Of a stretch of 64,000 nucleotides of DNA, positions 11,001 to 21,008 are shown one piece after another. Numbering within the stretch: position 1 is the stretch's first letter; the number at the start of each line of letters is the position of its first letter. The DNA is from an uncultured Bacillota bacterium (GTDB taxonomy: Bacteria > Bacillota > Clostridia > Christensenellales > UBA1242). Location of the stretch: NCBI GenBank assembly GCA_949292985.1, contig CASFBF010000008.1, positions 3,400-67,399 of the forward strand. The letters are read 5' to 3'. A program made the translations under genes and the position numbers. A model generated the notes under the pieces. The model was not told the origin of the DNA. It saw only the letters and a list, made by a program, of their open reading frames with translations, and ran no database searches.

Positions 11001-14000
11001 TAAAGTTCTCCTTCCAAAACATAAGTTGTGCCATTGGTGTACTGACTATTATCCACTTTAACGAAACTTTGGTTTTCAAGGGTAATAATGTCTGCTACAC
11101 CACTTGTCGCCAAAGCGTAAGCATGTGCTTTTACAGAGATTGAATATCTGTATTCATCAGAACTAGGGTCAACAATGTTTTGAGCGCTTAAATATGAATT
11201 TGTTGTATAGAAAGTTGTTGTGTCTTGTTGTCCTATTTCCCAACCTGCATCTGTACCATGGTAATATTCGACCTTTACTTCATAAACGATGTTTAAATTA
11301 TCTGGCAAAACTAATCCGCTTTTTGAGTAAGCGTTATTCCAATGTATGTCTCCGTCTTCAACATAAACAGCGTTTTGACTAGACATTTGAAGTTTGGTAG
11401 CAGGAGTAGAAATTGTAGCAGATTGTAAATATATGTTTTCATAGTCGTCACCATTTTGATTGATGTTTACAACATAGCCATCTTTATCTGAACCTGTAAT
11501 AGATGTTTCATCTAATTCAAAACTATCCCCTGCTGTTGCGAAATAGAATATGTTGGCTGTTCGTTCTGAAACACCCAAATTGTACCTATCTGTTTGTGTT
11601 TCGGCAATTTGATTCACGCCTGTTTGATATGTAATACTATCCTGACCTTTGGTTGAAACAGCAAACATGTTAATATTTGTTTTTTGATAAACATCGTTTG
11701 AAACTAGAAAATCCGTGGCCGTGAACGAACTGTTTGCATCTGAAATCAGGAATTTGCCATCAACAACTTTTACATTTGGTTGTGCAAGTTTATAAACATT
11801 ATTTACAGTGTAAGTCGGGCTGTCTACCATAATTGAATAATCATTTCTTGTCCCTTGTGTGTAGAAAGTAACATATTCATATAACCCCGTGTTAGAAAAA
11901 GCCAAAGTAGGTTTTTGACCAGAAATTGTCATTTTTTGAACCGCCGTACTGTAATGTTGATAAATTACACTTGTTGAGTAGACTTTATTACCTATTGCAA
12001 AATTATCCCAAGTAAACACACCTGAATTTAGTTTTAAAGAATTTATATCAAACTTTAAAAACACAACTGATATGTTTTCTGTTTTGCTGTTTAATGAAGA
12101 ATCATCACCATTGACATATATATTAACCGAGAAATCTTTACCTTCCAACTGTATAGTATTTCCATAAATATCCACTATTGCATCTTCATAGATTAAACCA
12201 CTTTCTTTTGAGTTTATGTAAATTAAAACATACCCATCACTGTCAGTTGTCAAAATTTGAGTAGAAGTTCCATCGCTATTATAAGCCGTTCTTGTCCATA
12301 CCCCATTGTTATATGTAATATCATATGTTATCACAGGATAATATTCTATGTTATTTATTCCTTCCACAGTACTATTTGCTTTCAGCACCAAAGTATAGTT
12401 ATTGTATTGCACGCCTTCTGCATTTTTGACTGTTCTAAATTTAATATAGTAGTCTGAAATTTGGTTTGTGTAAGAATCTTCTCCTGTTTTTGTTTGTGGT
12501 GAATCAATGACGGTAACATTTTGAAGTTTTAAACTATAAGCTGAACTTAAAGTGTTGTTGTCTGCCGAACCTTGTTGTTGAAGATAAATATTATAGTTAC
12601 CTGCTGGTATTAAGTTAGCACTATATTTACCATACAAACCAGTTTCATCGCTTCCTATTTCGTCAAAAAGCAAACTTGAAGTTGCAACACCATTAAAGTA
12701 GTATGGGCTGGACAAAATGTCATACACCGCTCTAAGTCTGATTAAAGTTTGATTATCAGAAATTGATTTAATAACATTATTAAGACTATTTAGTGTTTCT
12801 TCGTCCAACCTTGTTAAGAGTTGGATTGCACTAACAGACGTAATATATTCTTGATCTGTGTCAGTATTGATAAATTTTAAATTAAAATTCAAATCCTTCA
12901 ACTGTTCAAGTTTATAGTCGAACGGATATTTTAACAAATCGTTTAAAAGCCTTGAAGCAAATGTTGCGCTTGTCCAAATTGTGCCAACACCACTTTTTGC
13001 CAAACGACGCTCGATGCTATCAAGTTTTGAAATAAATTGCTCTGCCGTTTCGTCTTGGCCTTGTTGTGGAATTTCTCTAGCATCATTAAATTCTAAACTC
13101 ATCACTCCATCTGAGATGGATAATTCGTTTTCTATTTCATCAAGTTTGCGAACAATTACACGCTCGCCATTTTTTTCGTAATACAATTTATTAGATGGCA
13201 GAACGCCCAACTCTGATGAAACGGCTTGCAGTGCAACGCTGTATTCACCCGCAATCTTGATATTTTCACCTAAATAATATGTTGCATCACTTGCACTGAT
13301 AAAAATTTGGTTTGTTGCATTATCTGCTTCCAAATTTATAATAAACCCTGTGTTATTCCCAGCCGAATTTTTCCAAGTTAAATTACCCTGACTTATTGTT
13401 AAGTTAGATGGGCCTTGTAATTTTGTATAATTAAGAGAAGCACAAAATTCATTAACGATAAATGGGGTATTTAATTTTGAAGTAATGTATCCCACTTGAA
13501 CTTGAATGGCACCTGAATTTAATCCATCTAAAAGTTTGGTTAAATTTATAGCATAACATAATTCAGAAACATAGCCCTCACCAACTATTTCTGTTGGAGA
13601 AAAACTTTTTTCAACAATTTGTTGATCATTTAAATAATAAGTATGTGTAACCCAATAACCTTTAACTTCATCTAATTCGACATCATAATATTTCCAAGCG
13701 CCAGTTTGCTTTGCACGCAAATGAATTTTTGTAACATCATTTTCTATCTGATTTGTTCCGTTATCTTTAATTAAAATATAATCTTCTGTTTCACTTGCTT
13801 TCTCTTGAATTATTGTTGAATTTGATTTTCTAAAAGTAAATTCAAAAGCAATTTCATCGCTTCTAAAATAGTTATTTATAACAGAATAAATTGTAAAAGA
13901 GAATACCTGGTTATCTTTAATAGCAAACTTTTCACAAAGTTCTATTGCCAAAGTATCATAATCTTCGTCGGTAGATTTAGTAAAATCTATAAGTTGGACA

Positions 14001-17000
14001 TCTGTTAAACCATTTTCATCTGTTGTTTTTACATAAAATTTGCGTGTTCCTGATTCTTTTGCAAGTTTTAAAATAATTTTTCCAGTTGACGAATCTGCGG
14101 AAACAGAAATTATATCTTGCAACTTGTAAATGGAAGCACTTTGAACAGCGCCATCGATTACAGCCGTTGTATTTTCTGCATCAATAATTTGCTCGCTTTG
14201 CACTTTTGCAAGTTGTCTGATATTTATTTGAAGTTGCCCGACAAGGTCTTTCACTAAAAACTCTCTTATATCTGCGTCCAAGATAATTGGCGCGCCCTCA
14301 TGCTCTCTTCCCTCTGCATCTTTAATACTTAAATAGAAGCCCGCCCCTGTTGATTGTGCTGTGAAGGCTAGCAGACCTAAACTATCCGCCTTTATGTCTG
14401 AAACTGTATTAGCAAAAACTGAAAGATTAAACACAAACTCATGAGAATTAGTAAGCCCTGTGCTTGAAAAATCTGCCAAAGTTTTAAATTTTAGTTGATA
14501 TTCGCCACCCTGATTATCAATTTTAAACAATTCAGACAAATTTATTGAAGTGGTTGATACATCTGAAACTGTTGAAACATATCCGCCATTTTTATAAATT
14601 TGTATTTGATATCCTCTCGAATTTTCAACCTTTTGCCAAGTAAGTTGATGGTCTAAATAATCTGTTGTTCTTGTAATAGATATTTGATTTATATTTTCTA
14701 TTCTGTCAATTTCAATAATAGTTTCTGCGCTTTGTCCTGTCCAAGAATCAACCGCACCTTCTTTTCTTGCATAAACAGTTATTGTATATTCACCGCTTTG
14801 CCATTCTTCTGGGAAATTAAAATGGTTGCCTTCGACTTGTGCTTCAAAATCTTTTTCCTTGCATTTTATGAAGAAAATAACATCTGCATCAGTACTAGTA
14901 AACGACAAGCCTGTTTCATCTTGTATCATCTGTGGTTGGCTTAACACTCTTCCATTAAATGTGGCAACGTTTTCATTTGGTATAGCAACCTGTTCGGTTG
15001 ATTTGTGTATCACCCTTACAGACAGCGCTCCGCTGTCAGTATTGATGAAAGGTTGAATATCCACATTTTTTTCAGAAACATAATATGTTCTTGTTTTATC
15101 ACCTTCACTAGTCTTTATTGTTATTTCCACTATAAACCCGCTCTGCGCTGCTGGCGTTGAATCCGCAATAATTGTAAGCACGCCTCTATCATCTATCGAA
15201 ATTTGTGGTTGAGCAAATTTTACAACAGTTGTAGTTACTTCATTTGATTTAACGTCAGTTGCAGAAGTGGCTACAACTTTTATAGTATTTTGTGAAAGGT
15301 TAAATGTTGATTGAGGAATTTCGCAGAATATTTCCGTGGTTTTAGTAAACAAACTGCCATTTACATAAACTTCAAAGTTAATTTGGCTTGTATAAGAGCC
15401 ATTAAACTGCCAAGAAACTTTTACTTTTTTCTGGAACTCTAAATCTATAGTTGTGTTGCTGCCATCAATCGAAGCCACTAAATTTTGAACGCTATCTAAT
15501 TTTTTAATGTCTAAATTTTGCGCTAACAAAACATCTGCCCAATAGCCCGCACCTTGAACAGAAAGAGTATATTCACTAAAATATGCAAAAATTTGTACTT
15601 TGTAATCGCCTTTAACGAGATTTACCAACTCCTCATTGTTTAAATATAGCCTGTTTTCATTAAGTGAAGAAATTTTTCTTAAAACCTCTCCCTCTTGATT
15701 CAAAATTTGTACTTCATATTTAAGATTATTTGAAGGTGATGCAAGTGACCAATCAGCCACAAAAGCATTAAAATCATTCCAAGTTAAAATATTGTTTTGA
15801 ATGATTGCATTTGAGGAATAGGAAGAAATTTCTGCTTGTTTAATATCAAAATGAGATGGCGTGCTTGAAACAAAATATATTTCATTTCCATCTTGTTTAA
15901 ACGATGTCCCTTTAAGCACAATATCAAAAGAGTCAGCATTTAGGATAAATTGCGTATTTTTCCCGATGCTTTCATCATTAACCAAAATTTCTGTTACATA
16001 ATTTACATCCGCAACTAAAACATCAAAAGTTGCATAATAAACGTTATCTTGTTTAAACACATTTAAAGATTCTATTTGTGATAACTTGTGGAAAATGATA
16101 GCGAAAGACGCATCGGATTGTAATGAATTATCGCTTTTTGCAATTACATAAAATTTATAGTCTCCCGGTTGTAAGAAATCATATTTCTCCACACTAAATT
16201 CAAAATTTCCTGATTGTGCAGGTGCAGTTATTGTTTGTTGCAACTCGTCGCCTAAATAAACTAAGTATTGAGGATTTTGCTCAGAAACACCTTTCCAAGA
16301 AATTATCTCTGTTCCTTCGTCATAATTTAACGATACGATATCTAATTTTGAAATTACAAGTTCGTTGTTTGAAGAATCATATTTTAAAGTTGCATATCTT
16401 GAAGGAAGATAATAAACGCCCCCATCACTTAAACTTATGTCTGCAAAAACTTTTATTGTTATTTTAGTTTTTTGAGTGAAATAACTATTAAACACTGCAT
16501 CGTTATTTCTTAATTCAGCAATTTCTTCTTCCAAATTAAAGGTTTTTGATTGCGTTTCAAAATATCTTGTTATGTTGCCATTCTGTGAAGACACTATTAT
16601 ATCAACATGATAAGCCATTGCTTTATCATCATGAACAAACGAAACTTCTTCTTGTGAATAATTTAATTGTGAAGGTGCTTTACTTCTATGGAAAGCAAAT
16701 GTTGCAAATGCACTTTCCAAACAGATTTGTCCATCTGTTGCAAAACCTTCAAAATTTTGATAACCATTTAATCTTGCTCTAATTTGGAAATCGCCGTCAT
16801 AACTTTCAACGCTAACCAAAGCGTCTTCTCCCGCTTGGCTAGTTACAAGAATTTGCCCGTCTTTTTCTATTGTCAATGTTGCGGTAACATCAGAATTAAC
16901 AACATGAGCAATAGTGCTGTTTTCTTCAACAATCATATCCGTTGGAGTGGCAAGCCTGTTGACTGTTAAAGAAGATATTGAATTTGTATGAACTGTTTGC

Positions 17001-19228
17001 AATTCTGCGTTTTCAGCAAACACTTCAACTTCTATTTTATATTGTTTTCCATTTTCACCAAAAGTGTAATCTTTTGAGAAATTATATTCTAAAATTTCAT
17101 TTTCATTATCGTTATAAAGTTCGCCAACTTCATTTCCGTCTACTTTTACGATATATTTAAAGCCAAACTCTACCGTTTGAATAGACAACACATATCCCGA
17201 ATATTCTGCAAGTTCGGCAACAGTTTGAGAATAATCTAATTTTAATGCGGCAGGCTGTAATTGTTCAACAAAATAAAACCTATCTTCTCCCTCTTCTTCA
17301 CTAGCCAAATAATAATCTTCGTCAACTGGAATGGCTTTTACTTTTAGAACGTAATAACCAGCATTTAAAGCACGTGTTTGGTTAATGTCTGTTGATAATA
17401 TTTCTGGTTCGACGCCATCTGTAGTAAATGTGCCATCAGTCGTAAAAAGACTATACTGATAAGTTGCTAAAACGTTTTCCTGCCATTGATAGTTTTTACT
17501 TACCAATTCGCCTCCGTCAAGATTTTGCATTGACGGTGCGTTAAGCATTGTTAAAGTTTTTTGTGCAGAAACAGGCACAACAAACTGATTTTCTTCAACG
17601 CTTCTTGAAGCAATCAACTCGATTTTAAATTGTTGTGTTTGTCCATAACTATCTTTGGAAATTTTGCCTATTTTTAATATTGTTGTTTGTTCTTGTGAAA
17701 CTATTTCAACATCGTCAACGCTAACATCATTTATTTTTACATCAAATTTGTTGGCAAAAGGTAAAGAAATAAATTCTAAATAAGATTCTCCCGAAATTGT
17801 ATAATGTTTTAAGTTTGTTATTTCCGACAGTTTATAATATGTGCCAATAATCTTAACATCACTTTTTATAATTTGTGAAGTTGACAATCCTTCTTTTTCA
17901 AAAAGTTCACCGTCTGATAAAGTTGGAAGTGCTTGAACCGTAAAAACGTTTTCTCCCTCAACTAAATCAAAAGCTTTTGTTAATGAATATTTTCCCTCTT
18001 GAAGTTCTTCCCCAAATTCAAGAACAAATGATTTTTCGTTTTGATGCACAATAAATCGTTTATTATACTCTGAACTTGAAGAAAAGGTTATAATTGCCTG
18101 ATTACCTTCAATAGAACATTCTGCATCGACATTTGCAATTTTAGCAACCAATTCTGTGTTTTGTTTAACATCGCCATTCAAGAATCCTTTTTCTGCGACA
18201 GCCTGATATGACAACACATAAACTCCCTCTTCCACACCTTGTAAAAAACTAGACGTTTCAGATGTTCGAATTTGCGAAACAGTGTCTCCGCTTTTTGATG
18301 CAAGATTCAAAATGTATTCGCCCGCACCTTGCTCATCTTGCCAGAGTATTTCTCCTGCCGACACAACCACTTCTGGTGTTTTGATTTTTGTGATTGTTTG
18401 ATTGTAGGTTATTGATTCTCCTTGATCACTAACAGCCACAAATCCCAGTTCTATTTGTTGTCTCTCTTGAAAATATGTAAAATCAAAACTTGCACTTGTT
18501 CCCGACACCTGCGTTTGCACGCCATCAATATTTAGAACGCCTTTACTTGCTCCTGCCCAATAAATAGTGGCAGTTTGTGAACCAAACGCTTTATTACTTA
18601 TAATTGACAAATCTGTAACGCCCTGTGTAAGATTAAATTTAAAATAGATAGAACTGGAATACTCCGATTCCTCCACTTTCTCGTCACTTAACGCTTTAAC
18701 TGATATTTCATACTCTCCAGCGTCTTCCAATATAAAATAATTCGAAAATGATTGAAACTCTTCTTCTATCTCGTTAACTTTTACCTTTAAATTATAGACA
18801 GCAGAAATTGTTTCTTCTCCTACAAGAACATCGCTTTTATCCCAAGTTACCACGCCGTCATTAGAAACTTTTAAATTGGTTGGGGTTAAAAACTTATATT
18901 TTACATAAACTTCCATGCTGTCAACAAAAACACTTTCGTTGTATGCACTAATTATTGCTCTTCCGCTTTGCGTTGCAACGAAACTGCCTGCTTCGTTTTT
19001 AGTCAAAACATTTTCACGGTCGATTGAAAAAGTAAGCGCCTTGTCAGAAGAAATGAACTCATTCGGATTAAATTCTTCGCCAACAGACAACGTTAAACTA
19101 TCTTGGCTAAACTGACACTCTAAGCCGAAATTCTTAGTGCATGCGGTTAAACAAAAAAGAGTCACTATCACAAACATAGTGATAATTGACATTAGCGCCA
19201 CCTTTGTTTTTGTCATTTGCATTTTCAC
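8030..19228 (-). CDS. Giant (3,732 aa) cell-surface lipoprotein/adhesin with Ig/FN3-like modules and a C-terminal GLUG-type region
   Basis: Uninterrupted 11.2-kb ORF. N-terminal lipobox (LFCLTAC) and a Big_2-like first domain. Dozens of beta-rich modules with a conserved W (..VTWDKS.., ..ILWQDE.., ..LTWKNS..). The C-terminal ~450 aa starts NPYQISNIDEF and has repeated GGLVG/GGIA/AGGIVA motifs. Confidence 0.85.
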   Translation of the reverse strand: MKMQMTKTKVALMSIITMFVIVTLFCLTACTKNFGLECQFSQDSLTLSVGEEFNPNEFISSDKALTFSIDRENVLTKNEAGSFVATQSGRAIISAYNESVFVDSMEVYVKYKFLTPTNLKVSNDGVVTWDKSDVLVGEETISAVYNLKVKVNEIEEEFQSFSNYFILEDAGEYEISVKALSDEKVEESEYSSSIYFKFNLTQGVTDLSIISNKAFGSQTATIYWAGASKGVLNIDGVQTQVSGTSASFDFTYFQERQQIELGFVAVSDQGESITYNQTITKIKTPEVVVSAGEILWQDEQGAGEYILNLASKSGDTVSQIRTSETSSFLQGVEEGVYVLSYQAVAEKGFLNGDVKQNTELVAKIANVDAECSIEGNQAIITFSSSSEYNKRFIVHQNEKSFVLEFGEELQEGKYSLTKAFDLVEGENVFTVQALPTLSDGELFEKEGLSTSQIIKSDVKIIGTYYKLSEITNLKHYTISGESYLEFISLPFANKFDVKINDVSVDDVEIVSQEQTTILKIGKISKDSYGQTQQFKIELIASRSVEENQFVVPVSAQKTLTMLNAPSMQNLDGGELVSKNYQWQENVLATYQYSLFTTDGTFTTDGVEPEILSTDINQTRALNAGYYVLKVKAIPVDEDYYLASEEEGEDRFYFVEQLQPAALKLDYSQTVAELAEYSGYVLSIQTVEFGFKYIVKVDGNEVGELYNDNENEILEYNFSKDYTFGENGKQYKIEVEVFAENAELQTVHTNSISSLTVNRLATPTDMIVEENSTIAHVVNSDVTATLTIEKDGQILVTSQAGEDALVSVESYDGDFQIRARLNGYQNFEGFATDGQICLESAFATFAFHRSKAPSQLNYSQEEVSFVHDDKAMAYHVDIIVSSQNGNITRYFETQSKTFNLEEEIAELRNNDAVFNSYFTQKTKITIKVFADISLSDGGVYYLPSRYATLKYDSSNNELVISKLDIVSLNYDEGTEIISWKGVSEQNPQYLVYLGDELQQTITAPAQSGNFEFSVEKYDFLQPGDYKFYVIAKSDNSLQSDASFAIIFHKLSQIESLNVFKQDNVYYATFDVLVADVNYVTEILVNDESIGKNTQFILNADSFDIVLKGTSFKQDGNEIYFVSSTPSHFDIKQAEISSYSSNAIIQNNILTWNDFNAFVADWSLASPSNNLKYEVQILNQEGEVLRKISSLNENRLYLNNEELVNLVKGDYKVQIFAYFSEYTLSVQGAGYWADVLLAQNLDIKKLDSVQNLVASIDGSNTTIDLEFQKKVKVSWQFNGSYTSQINFEVYVNGSLFTKTTEIFCEIPQSTFNLSQNTIKVVATSATDVKSNEVTTTVVKFAQPQISIDDRGVLTIIADSTPAAQSGFIVEITIKTSEGDKTRTYYVSEKNVDIQPFINTDSGALSVRVIHKSTEQVAIPNENVATFNGRVLSQPQMIQDETGLSFTSTDADVIFFIKCKEKDFEAQVEGNHFNFPEEWQSGEYTITVYARKEGAVDSWTGQSAETIIEIDRIENINQISITRTTDYLDHQLTWQKVENSRGYQIQIYKNGGYVSTVSDVSTTSINLSELFKIDNQGGEYQLKFKTLADFSSTGLTNSHEFVFNLSVFANTVSDIKADSLGLLAFTAQSTGAGFYLSIKDAEGREHEGAPIILDADIREFLVKDLVGQLQINIRQLAKVQSEQIIDAENTTAVIDGAVQSASIYKLQDIISVSADSSTGKIILKLAKESGTRKFYVKTTDENGLTDVQLIDFTKSTDEDYDTLAIELCEKFAIKDNQVFSFTIYSVINNYFRSDEIAFEFTFRKSNSTIIQEKASETEDYILIKDNGTNQIENDVTKIHLRAKQTGAWKYYDVELDEVKGYWVTHTYYLNDQQIVEKSFSPTEIVGEGYVSELCYAINLTKLLDGLNSGAIQVQVGYITSKLNTPFIVNEFCASLNYTKLQGPSNLTISQGNLTWKNSAGNNTGFIINLEADNATNQIFISASDATYYLGENIKIAGEYSVALQAVSSELGVLPSNKLYYEKNGERVIVRKLDEIENELSISDGVMSLEFNDAREIPQQGQDETAEQFISKLDSIERRLAKSGVGTIWTSATFASRLLNDLLKYPFDYKLEQLKDLNFNLKFINTDTDQEYITSVSAIQLLTRLDEETLNSLNNVIKSISDNQTLIRLRAVYDILSSPYYFNGVATSSLLFDEIGSDETGLYGKYSANLIPAGNYNIYLQQQGSADNNTLSSAYSLKLQNVTVIDSPQTKTGEDSYTNQISDYYIKFRTVKNAEGVQYNNYTLVLKANSTVEGINNIEYYPVITYDITYNNGVWTRTAYNSDGTSTQILTTDSDGYVLIYINSKESGLIYEDAIVDIYGNTIQLEGKDFSVNIYVNGDDSSLNSKTENISVVFLKFDINSLKLNSGVFTWDNFAIGNKVYSTSVIYQHYSTAVQKMTISGQKPTLAFSNTGLYEYVTFYTQGTRNDYSIMVDSPTYTVNNVYKLAQPNVKVVDGKFLISDANSSFTATDFLVSNDVYQKTNINMFAVSTKGQDSITYQTGVNQIAETQTDRYNLGVSERTANIFYFATAGDSFELDETSITGSDKDGYVVNINQNGDDYENIYLQSATISTPATKLQMSSQNAVYVEDGDIHWNNAYSKSGLVLPDNLNIVYEVKVEYYHGTDAGWEIGQQDTTTFYTTNSYLSAQNIVDPSSDEYRYSISVKAHAYALATSGVADIITLENQSFVKVDNSQYTNGTTYVLEGELYFTGTSEDLLIQRSTQVQNFKITKGKISWEYQENAVFEVYNAEQNRKILLEGEITSQGSSYTFTLSSDVKQLEDNQSYNFAVIATQTGKIDSNISYMFDSLTARILSVLEQTDFNTDQISSTGDMTLNSVDFSTYFTRNSITNKSDIALQITVPANSSLIENEQTFIISNANKVLYIQIGGEIGERNNTIYLSKDAEGIEIFVQPIPFEPANTNYLLSAYKSTKLSFDSVEWSNQDLMYFDDVSQTFYWTYGVKFSNKTLGDTKIYKDTAGTPYGLDRGQKLTIEQMDLAGDSFVPIMYYSGEYKTYYIDVFNSYSQKDDNGQTRIYTLTELDMYTLEEDGTYQPSGLKTSTGVGYVYALNYFAVKAKMPFEQDIKTYYVPANLIQYQLDGDNALTFTVLESSVLYIDQELTTEVKMPNGQAITIVNYDQTKTYQNAVIGGENVYVLTENVYRFLEKDSNFEEEELNVHFKVTIVTEYQYQDGAYVHTVRVTREYDNVPLGNIQTSFGNYNVSENGIYVSSFEPNLIGTILEFKVQARKSQNNLLSKPLTISGAQNLSFNLFSLGDGSQDNPYQISNIDEFENIAYRYEKKQYHNTYKEKIYEERISQYSGSAEIVKNETSFTTVTDNETTYNFKQTENISAEVNEFIIDSVFVGSYDGGGKTFDISISGLEALETPISTRIASSAGSQTISFEKGVGVFKEIGEGGTVKNLDISFKLPFNSTLSDQLSSTNAIIGGLVLTNNGIVSNINVVSSNITFTNAMNSASGLAVAPVIGLNNKIAEQLTSQASIQISNTYNRSAQNFMYGGLVGFNNGTKSQIILCKNDGKININFASNQNGYVMVGGIAISNVNGIVEMTINNADLNCVSIKGSAYAGGIVAHSYGGAMYHSANAGNITAANAGGIAYSVTSMKATGIVGMGKVNSGYNYLFARSATYTADSGLNYTYSSYNPSGITFMKIVQNTDITCRNSDYTLQVLYDSVDSYSIQILKK

Positions 19229-19301
19229 AAAATTATTTTAACACTTTTTCGAACTTTTTATCAAATGAAATGACATATATTTATTATATTTTTTAAAATT
19301 A

Positions 19302-20126
19302 TTAAATATATTTTTCTGCCCATACTGGTTTAGCAATAAAAACTTTTTGCGTTAAATATTCAAATCTTTCATTTATTTTTTTAATTTTTAAATAAAAACA
19401 GTGTAATTTTTGGTATTTTTCTTTAAATTTTTTGTTAATTTGGTTTTTCCCGTATTTTCCATCTCCTATAATCGGATAACCTAGGTAAGCCAAATGTGCC
19501 CTTATTTGATGAGTTCGGCCTGTAAGCAAATCAACTTCAACTAAACTTGTTTGTTCGCCCATCTTCACTGTTCTAAATTTTGCCGAAATTTTAACAGAAT
19601 TTTGAACAAAGTTGTTGTAAATTTTAACTTCACTTCTCTTGTTGTCTTTTACCAAATAAGCACTTAACTCTTCCCCTTTAAACTTTGGCGCGCCAAAAAC
19701 CTCACAAACATATTTCTTTTGAATATTATGTGCTTTAAACGCTTCTTTTAAGGCTTTTTCTGCTTCCATGTTTTTAGCCAAAATCACGATTCCCGTTGTG
19801 TTTCTATCTAATCTGTGCACGGCTATGGTTTTGGTCAATTCTTCTAAACTTCCCTCTCCTTGAACTTCAACTCCTGCTTCTTTATTTATAACCAAGACAT
19901 TTTCATCTTCAAACAGCACATTGAATTTGGGTTGAGGCAACTGGTCACAAAACACAACAACACTTTGCCCTGCAAAAACCATATCTTGCTCCGACAATCT
20001 TGTTCCGTCAAGTTTAACATCTTTATTTTTTAAAATTTTATTAACCTGCGTGCTTGAAAAGCCATAATTTAATAAAAAATCACGAATTTTTTGATTTTTT
20101 TGAACATTTATTTGTAATTTTTGCAT
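19302..20126 (-). CDS. RluA-family rRNA pseudouridine synthase with S4-like N-terminus
   Basis: HRLDRNTTGIVILAK and GRTHQIRAHLAYLGYPIIGDGKYG motifs. Confidence 0.88.
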   Translation of the reverse strand: MQKLQINVQKNQKIRDFLLNYGFSSTQVNKILKNKDVKLDGTRLSEQDMVFAGQSVVVFCDQLPQPKFNVLFEDENVLVINKEAGVEVQGEGSLEELTKTIAVHRLDRNTTGIVILAKNMEAEKALKEAFKAHNIQKKYVCEVFGAPKFKGEELSAYLVKDNKRSEVKIYNNFVQNSVKISAKFRTVKMGEQTSLVEVDLLTGRTHQIRAHLAYLGYPIIGDGKYGKNQINKKFKEKYQKLHCFYLKIKKINERFEYLTQKVFIAKPVWAEKYI

Positions 20127-20239
20127 ATTTTTATTTTTTGATTTTTAAAATCTTTTTTCTCCTTTATAACATCATATCATAAAATGCAAAGATTTGCATA
20201 TTTTTTTTGATAAAAAAATATATATTTGTAGGAGGAAAT

Positions 20240-20491
20240 ATGTCTGAATTAGTTTCAATTGAAAATCAAAATCTTATCGTCGTTAAGGGCGCAACAAAAG
20301 TTTGCTCCTCTACTCAAAATCAAGCCGTTGTGTTATGTGACGAAACCACAATTGTTATTACTGGAAATGAAATGGAAGTTAAGAAATTGGACTTGGATAA
20401 TAAGGAAGTTTGTTTCTCAGGAAAAATTAACAATGTTAAATTTTCAAACAAGAGTGAGAAACAGCCGTTTTTAAAAAGGATTTTTAAATAA
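20240..20491 (+). CDS. yabP: YabP-family sporulation protein
   Basis: Start at 20240 after a GGAGG RBS. Shows the YabP repeat pattern (..IVVKGATKV..IVITGNEMEVKKLDLDNKEV.FSGKI). Confidence 0.7.
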   Translation: MSELVSIENQNLIVVKGATKVCSSTQNQAVVLCDETTIVITGNEMEVKKLDLDNKEVCFSGKINNVKFSNKSEKQPFLKRIFK

Positions 20492-20841
20492 TGCTTTACT
20501 CAACCCTTTCCCAGCCATTAGTTTTTCTATGTTTATTTTGCAGTGGCTTAGCCGGAGGTGTTATATTTGAATTTGCTAGGCTGGTTTCTTTTTTGTGCAA
20601 TAAAAATAAAATTGTATTACAAATAGGTTATTTTTTTAGCGCTATATGTTGCACAACTATTTTTTTCTTTGTAAACCTTTCAGTAAATTATGGCGAACTT
20701 AGGCTTTTTGCAGTTTTCGCTTTTGTCGTTGCTGTAATATTAGAACATTTTATTTTCGCCAATCTTTTTGCCAAACTTGCTAAACTATGCTATACTAAAA
20801 TAGTATGCAAGAAGAAAAAAGAAAAACAGTTTTCAAAATAA
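20491..20841 (+). CDS. yabQ: YabQ-like spore cortex membrane protein
   Basis: Overlapping ATGA start with yabP. Multi-TM 116-aa protein in the yabP-yabQ position. Confidence 0.5.
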   Translation: MLYSTLSQPLVFLCLFCSGLAGGVIFEFARLVSFLCNKNKIVLQIGYFFSAICCTTIFFFVNLSVNYGELRLFAVFAFVVAVILEHFIFANLFAKLAKLCYTKIVCKKKKEKQFSK

Positions 20842-21008
20842 TTTCATGGGTGGCATTTGGGCTAGCAGTGCTTGCCATAATTATTATGTGTATTGTATCG
20901 GCAGTTTATAAAAAAGAAACTTCGGTTATAGAAGACGAAAACCAACAAATTGAAGATATACTTGGAGAAGAGGAGCAAGCAAGTCTTAGTTTAAGAAACC
21001 TAAAATAA
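20805..21008 (+). CDS. Small single-TM protein in the DivIC/FtsB position after yabQ
   Basis: 67 aa with one TM helix and an acidic tail. The call rests on synteny (yabP-yabQ-divIC in Bacillus) only. Confidence 0.35.
   Translation: MQEEKRKTVFKIISWVAFGLAVLAIIIMCIVSAVYKKETSVIEDENQQIEDILGEEEQASLSLRNLK

Noticed and set aside
8559-19115. About a dozen 60-90 aa ORFs on the plus strand (and two on minus) inside the giant adhesin gene
   Set aside because: All are antisense or out-of-frame shadows of an 11.2-kb uninterrupted ORF. They have low-complexity sequences and no RBS.
14288-19694. GGCGCGCC octamers at 14288-95 and 19687-94, plus the related palindrome at 30849-58
   Set aside because: The two octamers lie inside coding sequence and are most simply chance occurrences. 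Only the origin-proximal palindrome is noted, under the oriC finding.
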